Shown here: positions 39,000 through 52,700 of the stretch, piece by piece
How the letters are laid out: every line of letters begins with the position of its first letter
Position numbering within the stretch: the stretch's first letter is position 1
NCBI GenBank assembly: GCA_964016885.1
Contig: OZ024742.1
Location: 219,666,001 to 219,730,000 of the forward strand
DNA: 64,000 bases
Source of the DNA: Eledone cirrhosa
Lineage: Eukaryota
Reading direction: 5' to 3'
The notes under the pieces: model-generated
Database searches by the model: none
Seen by the model: the letters and a program-made list of their open reading frames with translations, nothing else
What the model was told of the DNA's origin: nothing
Position numbers and translations under genes: made by a program

Positions 39000-39250
39000 G
39001 CCTGGCTTTATTTTTCATCAGCATTAAACAACTGAGAGTACAAAACTTTCCCTTGGACAAGACTAACTCCCAGTTACTGCTGGTACTCATGTTCAGGTGA
39101 GTGTACTGGAGCAATGTGAAATGAAGTGTTTTGCTCAAGAACACAAAACTCAAACCAGTCCAGGAATTTAACCCATAACATTATGATTGTAAGTCCAACA
39201 CCTTTGCTCAAGACATTACATGCTACCTGGTCTAGGAATTGAACCCATAA
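39000..39250 (-). mobile_element. Degenerate family B SINE
   Basis: gagtgtactggagcaatgtgaaatgaagtgttttgctcaagaacac. Confidence 0.65.
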
Positions 39251-40819
39251 CAACAGTAACTCTTGTACTATTAGTCACTTAATAATGATGAAAAATGAAA
39301 GTGCAGATAAGCAGAGTCTGATGATTTGGAACAGACTAACTTTAAACTATCTGGATTATTAGTGAAGATGTTAGCAGCGTGTGTAGTCTTTGGCAGCTCA
39401 TTGTGTGTGGTTGTGTGTATCTGTGTCTGTGTGTGGTTGTGTATGTGTGTATATTTGTGCCTGTGTGTGTGGCCATGTATGTGTGTGTGTGTTTGTGGGT
39501 ATGTGGGTGTGTGTGGTCAAGAAGTTTCATAGTAACTATTCTAATTAACTGTAAAAAAAACTTCCTGCAGTAAGTAGCAATAGTACTATAAAACTAACTG
39601 GTGTTTCTTTGACTTGAGGTTTTCAGATCAACTCCCACATGACCATGATCCATCTCAACTCACATGTGACTACTTTATTTCAACTCCCATATGACTACCC
39701 CAGTTCTCAGATCAATTCCAATGTGACAATCCCAGTCTCAGATCACCTTTCCTGTGCCTCCTTACTATTTCTGATTCTCAGCCTCAGTCTAGATTGTCCC
39801 AAATATAGTAGTCTGTTGTGAAGTTTATATCTGAACCTTAATTTTGTCAAGGCAGTCTTCTATTCCACATTAAATTTACCATGTACAGACATCCCCATCA
39901 CCATGTAGAGATATAACTTCACTATCATGAATTGAAGCTTATTCAATTACAACAAATACTTCTGTAAATAAGTAATATTCAAATTTCCATAGTAACCATT
40001 TAAAAAAATAAAGTGATTTCCATAACATTACATTGTTAAAATCCACAATGGTAAGGCATTTGAAAGGTTGAAAGAACAACAAGCACATGAAATGTATACT
40101 GAGCAATAGCATTATCCACTCTATAGTATAGATTAGGTAGTGATTTAACAGAATCAACTTTGCCTTTCATCTTTTCAAGGACGATAAAAAAAATACCAGT
40201 CCAGTACTGGAGTTGTTTCTTTCCCTATATCGCTTTTTCACTTCTTCTCTATCACTCTCTTTCCTCCTCTGGAAGAAATCAGCTGCGATCAGACATGTAG
40301 AGAGGAGATCGGCTCCATGAGGTTTAAAGTTCCCAAAACATGCCATATGTCATGACAGTACATCTACAACTCCATCACAAGTTACAGGTCCATACATATG
40401 GATTGAAGGCATGGTTGCTATATTGTAAAAAGATACAAAACCTACATGCTCTCATGAAGAAATACCTGAAACAGATCATGAACATCACTTATAAAATCAA
40501 TATCAAGAACACCATCATCCTAGAAGAGGCCAAGTTCCTTAATGTGAAAGAGATATTGTAGCAATGAAACCTCTACTCATTTTAGTATGTCCAAAGAATA
40601 GAGAAAATTTGGTTACGAAGACAAATACACAACACAATATATAGTTAGCTAGCATTGACTGAAATATAAGGACATGAAGAAGAATGATCCAAATTGACAA
40701 GATCTCAGACCGCATTAGTTTACCGAGTGAGGTGGAACTCATCAAATTGGATCAAGGAAACAATATTTTCATTGGTTTTTCCATTGCTGATACTATCTAC
40801 TGGTCGTAACTCCTGTGAG

Positions 40820-40935
40820 AAAGAGCAATGTGAAATAAATGTATCATGCTCAAAGACATAACATAGTGCTTGGCCCAGGAATCGAATTCACAACCTCATG
40901 ATTGTGAATCCAATTCTCTAACCACTAAGCCACAT
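40820..40935 (-). mobile_element. Family B SINE head
   Basis: Minus strand TGGCTTAGTGGTTAGAG...GAATTCGATTCC. Confidence 0.65.
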
Positions 40936-41097
40936 GAAAGGACATAGTTGAACACATGAGGAGATAAAATATTGAAACCCACCACTGGATCACAGTTGCC
41001 AAGGACAAAAAAACCTGTGGAGGAGAGGGATTCACATTTGATATTATGATTTGAGACTATATACACAGACAGTCATTGTTGTCTAGTGATGGACAAT

Positions 41098-41465
41098 ATC
41101 ATCATCATCATCATTGTTTTTATGACTGTTGTTCCATGTTTGGATAGGCTGGATGGGTCCTCAGCACAGCATCTCTCCACTTGTTGCATTCCTTTGTCAT
41201 TTGTACTGTAAGTCTCAGCAATTTGAGAACAGCTCTCACCACTTCTGCTTCTGTCTTCTTTGGATTACCTCTACTGTGGCTTGTTTCCACTGGAATTTCC
41301 AGACATTTCTTCACCCAGCGATCAACATCTATGCACATCACATGTCTGTACCAAAGCAGTATTCTCTTTTGCACACCACTTCAGATTCCTCTTAAATCCA
41401 GTTACTCTCTCAGTTCATCCAAGTTCTGCCTTTCTCTCACATTTACATTGCATATCCAACAGACA
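41098..41465 (-). mobile_element. RTE-like LINE 3' fragment with (TGA)n tail
   Basis: LLWYRHVMC..DRWVKKC...SRGNPKKT; (CAT)n at ~41098-41113. Confidence 0.7.
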
Positions 41466-43029
41466 CCCTATGATTAGTATGATGAATATGATATATAAAT
41501 ATGTACATCATTTGATTGTAAAAGAGAAAAATGTACTCATTATTTGCAATAGAGTTTATTGATTCATTCAGTGTTAGGGCTTGACTCCTTTGCTATTCTG
41601 AGCTTCCCATTTCTTGCACCACATTGCTTTGAAGAATTTGATAAGAATGGCAAACTTGGAGTAGGAACAGAATGAAGCCATGGCTAAGAACAGATGAATA
41701 AATAAACACATGCACATACACACATACATACACAAATTACCCATCAGGATATTGAGAAAAACTCAATGGTGTGGAATGAGAAATTCTTTGAGAAATGTAA
41801 TTAGACAGTTGAAAGTTAACAACAAATTGTTTCAGAAAATCAATTAATTTATGTCTTGTCAAAAGAAGATTTCATTAAAAACTGCAAATAATTATTAATA
41901 AATGCAATCTGTTTAAATTTGTGTTAAAAATATTGATTAAGGTAATTAAAAGACAATTATAATAAAGTGTTTTCAGTTCCACAAATGTTGATTCATTTGA
42001 AAGAAACAGTGGAAAATGTGACATAGCTGCCAAATTAATTGTGCATTTGATGCACAAAACATAGAAGGAACTTCTACAATTGATAATATACTTATTGATT
42101 GGTGAAATAACACAATAAGTGTCTTTAAGTCAGTCAATTATTTCAATACAAGTATTTAAATGCTGTAGTCAACCTCAGCATGATTAGAACCAAGAACCAA
42201 AACAAATGTGATTGATTACTGCACAGGATTTTGTCCAGTGCTCTACTGATTCTCTTAATCCATCATTTTTGTAAAAATGTGGAATGTTTAACAAATTTGG
42301 TATGTGTTTTAAAATATAAATTAAGTTAATCAAATGAGTGTGGAGAAGAAACCATTCATGATCTTTACAAAATCCTTTCATCAGAATGATGAGAATGATG
42401 CAGCTAACACCCATACTAAACTAAACTCCATAATTATTCAGCAGATCAATGTCTGCAAGAAAAACGTGGACTAAGAATCTGGTGCAAATGGTTGCAAGAG
42501 AACAGAACAAATCCTGGTAAAAGTACCCAAGGACCATGTAGTGATCCCATCACCAACAGCACTGCCCTCTACTATTTTTCAATGATGCACACTCAAATTT
42601 AGAAAACAGAGTTTAAAAAAAAAAATGTAAGTTGAAGACTTGACTTTACTAACTTTTCTTGTCAAAACAAGAACAACATTAAGTAAATAAATAAACACAA
42701 ACAAAAAACTTACCCCAAGAAGCTGATCAATAAATTTCCTAGGTAATTTTTTTAAGCCCTCCCATCTTCCCCAATCACCTAAAGACTGGTAATGGGCTTA
42801 CCTGATGGTGGTGTTAAACCAGATGGCCTGCCAGGTGGTGGTGATGTTTTAACCAAATATGGTATGTTACATCTACCATATATAGCTAAAAATGTGTTAA
42901 CTTTGTTAAAACTTAATGAGAAAAAATTTATATTTTTCTTCGTGTATCCTTTTAGCTGCAGTAATGGTTCTGATAATTCTCCCCCGTAAAGGCTATCAGA
43001 TAGGCAGAGATAGCATTCTGTTTACCATT

Positions 43030-44290
43030 CATATATCCCCATTCTAACCATATATATATATCCTCCCTCTAACAATACATGTATCCCCACTCTAACCATA
43101 TATATATCCCCACTCTAATTATATATATATCCTCCCTCTAACTATACATATATCCCCACTCTAACTATACATGTATCCCCACTCTAACCATATATATATA
43201 TCCCCACTCTAACTATACATGTATCCCCACTCTAACCATATATATATATCCCCACTCTAACTATACATGTATCCCCACTCTAACCATATATATATATCCT
43301 CCCTCTAACAATACATGTATCCCCACTCTAACCATATATATATATCCTCCCTCTAACAATACATGTATCCCCACTCTAACCATATATATATATCCCTCCT
43401 CTAACCATGCATATATCCCCACTCTAACCATATATATATCCCTCCTCTAACCATGCATGTATCCCCACTCTAACCATATATATATCCCTCCTCTAACCAT
43501 GCATATATCCCCACTCTAACCATATATATATATCCTCCCTCTAACAATACATGTATCCCCACTCTAACCATATATATATATCCCTCCTCTAACCATGCAT
43601 ATATCCCCACTCTAACCATATATATATCCCTCCTCTAACCATGCATGTATCCCCACTCTAACCATATATATATCCCTCCTCTAACCATGCATATATCCCC
43701 ACTCTAACCATATATATATCCCTCCTCTAACAATATATATATCCCTCCTCTAACCATGCATGTATCCCCATTCTAACCATATATATATCCCTCTTCTAAC
43801 CATGCATGTATCCCCATTCTAACCATATATATATATTCCTCTTCTAACAATATATATATCCCTCCTCTAACCATGCATGTATCCCCACTCTAACCATATA
43901 TATATCCCTCCTCTAACAATATATATATCCCTCCTCTAACCATGCATGTATCCCCATTCTAACCATATATATATATCCCCACTCTAACTATACATGTATC
44001 CCCACTCTAACCATATACATATATCCCTCCTCTAACTATACATGTATCCCCACTCTAACCATATATATATCCCCACTCTAACTATACATGTATCCCCACT
44101 CTTACCATACATATATCCCCTCACTATTTAACCATACATACACTCCATTCAATTTAACCATACATATACCCCCCTCTAATCATACATGTATCTCCTCTAT
44201 TTAACCATACACATATTTCCACTCAATCTACCCATACATCTTTCCCACCTCTAACCATACATATATACTCATTCTATTTAACCATATATG
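43030..44290. repeat. Minisatellite, ~24-30 bp unit (ATAT)nCCCCACTCTAACC with variants
   Basis: Dozens of tandem units with alternating variants (ccccactctaacc / ccctcctctaacc), degenerating after ~44100. Confidence 0.95.
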
Positions 44291-44471
44291 TTTCAACTAA
44301 AACTCCATGAGATGTTTGATGGGGTTAGGGTTTCAGGGAATGTTTAATGTGACTAAATAGGTTTTTATTTTAGACCAGTTGAGGTTAAGTGGAGTTTACT
44401 TGATACGATGGAGTACTAAGTCCACTGTATCAACATAATTGATTGGGGACCATACTGCATGCATGTATGTA

Positions 44472-44580
<109 letters not shown>

Positions 44581-45069
44581 ACACATATATATACAGTTTA
44601 ACTTATGACAAAGTCTCCGAAAGGGAGAAAACTGCACAGAGATTTTGGCATAAGTTAAAATGTGTTTATATGCTTCTCTGATCTAGATATGTTTAGATGT
44701 CTTATTCATTGAGATGCCCCATATATTAATAAAAAAAACTTTTTTCTTTTTCTCTGTTGGTCATATATATATGAGAGTGTAAATGTATATATGTGCATGT
44801 GCATTTCTATATGTACATATATTTATATGTACACACACACACACGCAGACACATATATATATATAATTCCCATCTTTGTGTGCGTGTATCTTTGCCCAAC
44901 AAATAAGAAAAAAGGTCCTCAAATTGCAGGAAATACCTATTTCTACAAAGCTAGTTATTCACTCTGTTGCTTTTCAGAGTTTCTCACTTTGCATTATTTT
45001 AGGTGTATAAGAACACATCCAACAAGAAACTCTGAGCAGTCATAGAGTGAATCACCAGTTTCACAAACA

Positions 45070-45135
<66 letters not shown>

Positions 45136-45497
45136 ATGTGCATGCATTTTTATATATAGATAGGCATAAATATCCATACATCCACACTCACAAATATGTA
45201 TATATGGAAAATTAGAAGACAACTCATCGTACCCATGCTAGTGGAGAAAAATGGACATTATACACCGATGATGATGATATATGTACATACTCACATATAT
45301 ATTATATTATATCACTGTATAACATCCATTTTTCTACACTAGCATAAGTTAGATAAGTTGTCCCGTTGTGAGACAAGTCAGATTAGGTGACTGCATCTTG
45401 CTCATACAGAGCTGTTTCTGGCTTGGTTTCTATGGCTGGATGCCCTTTCTAATGCTATACACATATATATATACACACATATATATATATATATATA

Positions 45498-45678
45498 ATT
45501 GTTTCTACTTTTGACACAAAGCCAGCAATTATCCCAGTATATTACTGGTAATTTATTTTATCGACCCTGTAAGGATTCATGGCAAAGTTAACCTCGGCGG
45601 GATTTGAACTCAGGCCATAAAGGGCCGTAACTCTTTGCTGCAAAGCATGGCGTCTGATCCCCTACCGATACTGCCAAT
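45498..45678 (-). mobile_element. Family A SINE
   Basis: aattgtttctacttttgacacaaagccagcaa...aagttaacctcggcgggatttgaactcag...ctaccgatactgccaat. Confidence 0.85.
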
Positions 45679-46080
45679 GAAGAACATATATAAATACATA
45701 TATGCAATCACATAATCTAAAACACAAAAACACTCATGCAGAACATATATAAAGTGTGCAGCATTGATAATAGTTGAAATTCTTGATCACATTCTCTATA
45801 TGTTACATTAAAGTGGAAAGAAACAAAACAAAAGCAGTGTGAAAACAAAAACCCAAATAAACAATATCAAGTTTGAAAAATATAAACTAATACTTTGTTT
45901 AATGTTTATGGAAATGTTTATTTTTTTTTATTTCATAAAAAGGGATTCTGATTTTGTTCAAAATCTATTATAAAATAAACCATTCTTTGAAAATAAAAGG
46001 TAAATAAATTCTAGATTTATAGGATCTGATTTTTTTGTTTGCATTTATTGCTGCCATATCAGCTCACATTACTAGAAATA

Positions 46081-46328
46081 TTAAATTATTTCTTGTTTTT
46101 TTGGTCGGAAGTATACATATTTGGTCAACATTGAAACAATACATGGCATCTGTTTCTTTTTGGCTGTAAAATCTTCATTGGTGCATGATTCAAAGTCGTA
46201 AGCCACAATGTGATTGACCAACGTTAACATGTGCATTAACTCCATTTCTTTACCATGGTTTTCCAAAATAATACACAGAGCTTGAATAAACCAAGAGCCT
46301 TCCTCATTGTTACGCCAAGAATAGTAAC
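46081..46328 (-). CDS. Terminal coding exon of an effector caspase (caspase-3/7-like), small subunit
   Basis: After acceptor tttttattttAG the exon reads (G)YYSWRNNEEGSWFIQALCIILENHGKEMELMHMLTLVNHIVAYDFES...KKQMPCIVSMLTKYVYFRPKKQEII*; SWRN..GSWFIQ and KQ.PCIVSMLTK are caspase-3/7 hallmarks; AATAAA downstream; upstream exons lie outside the window. Confidence 0.93.
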
Positions 46329-46391
46329 CTAAAATAAAAAATTAATAAAAGATAAGTTTGAGTTTAAATATTTTCAGGGGGCATGTTTTAA

Positions 46392-46627
46392 CTCTTTCAT
46401 GGCCATATTTCATATGGAAACAAATGACCATATTTATTATGGAAAAAATTATTTTGAAAATAATCAAGAATTTGGAGTGATTAATGTTTTCTTTATTTAT
46501 CTGGTATTTGGAACATAACGTATCAAAGGTTCTTATATAAAATTATGATAAAAGGTTTGGATAGATATAAAGAGCTTAAAATAAGGTTTTGTATCATAAA
46601 GCGAGGGCTAGTTTGGTATCAAAAGAG
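46392..46627. mobile_element. Possible piggyBac-like MITE
   Basis: TTAA|CTCTTT...AAAGAG|TCAA, imperfect TIR with TTAA-like TSD. Confidence 0.45.
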
Positions 46628-46729
46628 TCAAAGTGTAATTTATTACAAATAAAGTTGGCTGCATTCACTGTGTAACTAAACAATGAATCTATGATACAAT
46701 CAGAAGAAATAACTAATTAAATATTAATA

Positions 46730-49700
46730 CATTGTATGTGGTTGTAATATATTATGTGTAGCTATAACATAGAGTATGTGACTATAATATATTGTATGTG
46801 ACTATAATATAGTGTATGTGACTATAATATACTATATGTGACTATAATATACTATATGTGACTATAACAGAGTGTATGTGACTATAATATATTGTATGTG
46901 ACTATAATATAGTGTATGTGACTATAATATACTATATGTGACTATAATATACTATATGTGACTATAACATAGCGTATGTGACTATAATATATTGTATGTG
47001 ACTATTATATAGTGTATGTGACTATAATATATTATATGTGACTATAATATACTATATGTGACTATAACATAGTGTATGTGACTATAACATAGTGTATGTG
47101 ACTATAATATATTGTATGTGACTATAATATATTGTATGTGACTATAATATAGTGTATGTGACTATAATATACTATATGTGACTATAATATACTATATGTG
47201 ACTATAATATAATATATGTGACTATAATATAGTGTATGTGACTATAATATATTGTATGTGACTATAATATAGTGTATGTGACTATAATATACTATACGTG
47301 ACTATAATATAGTGTATGTAACTATAATATAGTGTATGTGACTATAATATATTGTATGTGACTATAATATAGTGTATGTGACTATACTATAGTGTATGTG
47401 ACTATAATATAGTGTATGTGACTATAATATAGTGTATGTGACTATAATATATTGTATGTGACTATAATATAGTGTATGTGACTATAATATAGTGTATGTA
47501 ACTATAATATAGTGCATGTAACTATATTATAGTGTATGTGACTATAATATAGTGTAAGTAACTATAATATAGTGTATGTAACTATAATATAGTGTATGTG
47601 ACTATAATATAGTGTATGTGACTATAATATAGTGTATGTGACTATAATATAGTGTATGTGACTATAATATAGTGTATCATCATCATCATCATCATCATCA
47701 GGTTTAGCGTCCGTGTTCCACGCTTGCATGGGTTTGGACGGGGGTTTTCACACTTGAGGCAAGAGTGGTTGTCTTGCTCGCATAGGACTGTCTGGCGGGT
47801 TTTCTACAGTTGGATGCCCTTCCTAACACCAACCACATTTACAGTGTGGGGCTGGGAGGTTTTTACCGTGTTGCCTACACGGCCACATTACAGCGTGGAC
47901 TGTCTGGCGGGTTTTCTACAGCTGGATGCCCTTCCTAACACCAACCACATTTACAGTGTGGGGCTGGGAGGTTTTTACCGTGTTGCCTACACGGCCACAT
48001 TTACAGCGTGGACTGTGTGTTTTTTGTCGTGACACCTGCACGATCTCATTTGTTTCGGCCTGGATGTTGTGGGACCAACATAACTTTACATTGAAAGGGG
48101 CGGTGTGGGTGGGGTGGAGGGTGGTGGGACGGGGGTGTGTTTTGATAGAAATGCCTACTGACTGTAGTAGGTTTTTACTTTGTATTTAGGTAAGGCGGGT
48201 CTTCTCTATTACTGAGTACCGCCAAAGGTCTCGGTCCAGTGACATTGTCTTGGAGAGGTGTAAGCGTGTGAGGTCGGAATTTATCAGCTCGTCCCATGTT
48301 TTTCTGGGTCTGCCTACTCCGTGGCTACCGTCTATCTTTATTGCCCTGCACTTTGTTATACAGCTGTCGTCTTTCATGCGCATCACGTGACCGTACCAAC
48401 GTAGCCTTCTCTCGAGTAAACAACATCTGATCCCTCTTATTTCTAATTTTTTCCTTAGTTCATTTATGCTTTGCCGTTCACGTATATTACTATTGCACAT
48501 CCAGCGGAGCATGCAAGTTTCGTTCCTCTCTAGTCTGCGTATATCCTCTGCACACAATGCCCAGGTCTCACTGCCATGCAGCATTGCTGTTCGTATGCAG
48601 GCATCGTATAACCTGCCTTTCATTTTTAGGGAGAACCCTCTAGCGGCTAATAGTGGTATAAGCTCTCTGAACTTTTTCCATCCAGTTCTGACTCTAGCTA
48701 CTGTACTTTCAGAGCACCCTCCCCCACTGCTGATTTTGTCACCCAGATAACGGAAGCTGTCCACTATTTCTATAGAACCCTCTGCGCAGTTGAAGGAGCT
48801 AGTATTTTGTGGGCACTTGCTGCTACTTATTGCACCAGAGCACCGGCCACATGTAAAATCTATGTTCTTATGTAACTATAATATAGTGTATGTGACTATA
48901 CTATATTGTATGTGACTATAATATAGTGTATGCAACTATAATATAGTGTATGTGAATATAATATACTGTATGTAACTATAATATACTATATGTGACTATA
49001 ATATAGTATATGTGACTATAATATACTATATGTGACTATAATATAGTGTATGTGACTATAATATAGTGTATGTGACTATAATATATTATATGTGACTATA
49101 ATATACTATATGTGACTATAACATAGTGTATGTGACTATAATATAGTGTATGTAACTATAATATAGTGTATGTGACTATAATATATTGTATGTGACTATA
49201 ATATAGTGTATGTAACTATAATATAGTGTATGTGACTATAATATAGTGTATGTGACTATAATATATTGTATGTGACTATAATATAGTGTATGTGACTATA
49301 ATATAGTGTATGTGACTATAATATAGTGTATGTGACTATAATATAGTGTATGTGACTATAATATATTGTATGTGACTATAATATAGTGTATGTGACTATA
49401 ATATAGTGTATGTGACTATAATATAGTGTATGTGACTATAATATAGTGTATGTGACTATACTATAGTGTATGTGACTATACTATAGTGTATGTAACTATA
49501 CTATAGTGTATGTAACTATAATATAGTGTATATAACTATAATATAGTGTATGTGACTATAATATAGTGTATGTGACTATAATATACTGTATGTGACTATA
49601 ATATAGTGTATGTAACTATAATATAGTGTATGTAACTATAATATACTGTATGTGACTATAATATACTATATGTGACTATAATATAGTATATGTGACTATA

Positions 49701-52700
49701 ATATACTATATGTGACTATAATATAGTGTATGTGACTATAATATAGTGTATGTGACTATAATATATTATATGTGACTATAATATACTATATGTGACTATA
49801 ACATAGTGTATGTGACTACAATATAGTGTATGTAACTATAATATAGTGTATGTGACTATAATATAGTGTATGTAACTATAATATATTGTATGTGACTATA
49901 ATATATTGTATGTGACTATAATATAGTATATGTGACTATAATATAGTGTATGTGACTATAATATAGTGTATGCAACTATAATATATTGTATGTAACTATA
50001 ATATAGTGTATGTGACTATAATATAGTGTATGTGACTATAATATAGTGTATGTAACTATAATATAGTGTATGTGACTATAATATAGTGTATGTGACTATA
50101 CTATAGTGAATGTGGCTATAATATAGTGTATGTAACTATAATATAGTGTATGTGACTATACTATAGTGAATGTGACTATAATATAGTGTATGTAACTATA
50201 ATATAGTTTATGTGACTATAATATATTGTATGTGACTATAATATAGTGTATGTGTCTATACTATAGTGTATGTGACTATACTATAGTGTATGTAACTATA
50301 CTATAGTGTATGTAACTATAATATAGTTTATGTGACTATAATATATTCTATGTAACTATAATATAGTGTATGTGACTATAATATATTGTATGTGACTATA
50401 ATATAGTGTATGTGACTATAATATAGTGTATGTGACTATAATATAGTGTATGTGACTATAATATATTGTATGTGACTATAATATATTGTATGTGACTATA
50501 ATATATTGTATGTAACTATAATATAGTGTATGTAACTATACTATAGTGTATGTAACTATACTATAGTGTATGTAACTATAATATAGTGTATGTGACTATA
50601 ATATAGTGTATGTGACTATATTATAGTGTATGTGACTATAATATAGTGTATGTGACTATAATATAGTGTATGTGACTATAATATAGTGTATGTGACTATA
50701 ATATTGTGTATGTGACTATAATATAGAGTATGTGACTATAATATAGTGAATGTGACTATAATATACTATATGTGACTATAATATAGTGTATGTAACTATA
50801 ATATAGTGTATGTGACTATAATATAGTGTATGTGACTATAATATACTATATGTGACTATAATATATTATATGTGACTATAATATAGTGTATGTGACTATA
50901 AAATAGTCTATGTGAATATAATATAGTGTATGTAACTATAATATAGTATATATAACTTTAATATAGTGTATGTGACTATAATATACTATATATAACTATA
51001 ATATATTGTATGTGACTATAATATAGTGTATGTGACTATAATATACTGTATGTGACTATAATATAATATATGTGACTATAATATAGTGTATGTAACTATA
51101 ATATAGTGTATGTGACTATAATATAGTGTATGTGACTATAATATACTATATGTGACTATAATATATTATATGTGACTATAATATAGTGTATGTGACTATA
51201 AAATAGTCTACGTGACTATAATATAGTGTATGTGACTATACTATAGTGTATGTGACTATAATATAGTGTATGTGACTATAATATATTATATGTGACTATA
51301 ATATAGTGTATGTGACTATAATAGAGTGTATGTAATTATAATATATTGTATGTAACTATAATATAGTGTATGTGACTATCATATATTGTATGTAACTATA
51401 ATATAGTGTATGTAACTATAATATAGTGTATGTAACTATAATATAGTGTATGTGACTATAATATAGTGAATGTGACTATAATATATTGTATGTGACTATA
51501 ATATAGTGTATGTGACTATAATATACTATATGTGACTATAATATAGTGTATGTGACTATAATATAGTGTATGTAACTATACTATAGTGTATGTGACTATA
51601 ATATATTGTATGTGACTATAATATAGTGTATGTAACTATAATATATTGTATGTGACTATAATATAGTGTATGTGACTATAATATAGTGTATGTGACTATA
51701 CTATACTATATGTGACTATAATATAGTGTATGTGACTACAATATAGTGTATGTGACTATAATATACTATATGTAACTATAATATATTGTATGTGACTATA
51801 ATATACTGTATGTGACTATAATATGTGTATGTGACTATAATATAGTGTATGTGACTATAATATAGTGTATGTGACTATAATATAGTGTATGTGACTATAA
51901 TATTGTGTATGTGACTATAATATAGAGTATGTGACTATAATATAGTGAATGTGACTATAATATACTATATGTGACTATAATATAGTGTATGTAACTATAA
52001 TATAGTGTATGTGACTATAATATAGTGTATGTGACTATAATATACTATATGTGATTATAATATAGTGTATGTGACTATAATATAGTGTATGTAACTATAC
52101 TATAGTGTATGTGACTATAATATATTGTATGTGACTATAATATAGTGTATGTAACTATAATATATTGTATGTGACTATAATATAGTGTATGTGACTATAA
52201 TAGAGTGTATGTGACTATAATATACTATATGTGACTATAATATAGTGTATGTGACTACAATATAGTGTATGTGACTATAATATACTATATGTAACTATAA
52301 TATATTGTATGTGACTATAATATACTGTATGTGACTATAATATGTGTATGTGACTACAATATAGTGTATTTAACTATAATATAGTGTATGTAACTATAAT
52401 ATAGTGTATGTGACTATAATATAGTGAATGTGACTCTAATATAGTGTATGTTACTATAATATAGTGTATGTGACTATAATATAGTGTATGTGACTATACT
52501 ATAGTGTATGTGACTATAATATATTGTATGTAACTATACTATAGTGTATGTGACTATAATATATTGTATGTAACTATACTATAGTGTATGTAACTATACT
52601 ATAGTGTATGTAACTATAATATAGTGTATGTGACCATACTATAGTGTATGTGACTATAATATAGTGTATGTCACTATAATATAGAGTATGTGACTATAAT

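Noticed and set aside
42700-42990. Possible exon (GTAAG donor-like sites on the minus strand, Pro/Gly-rich ORF on the plus strand)
   Set aside because: No recognisable protein similarity or consistent open exon; may be UTR or a repeat remnant
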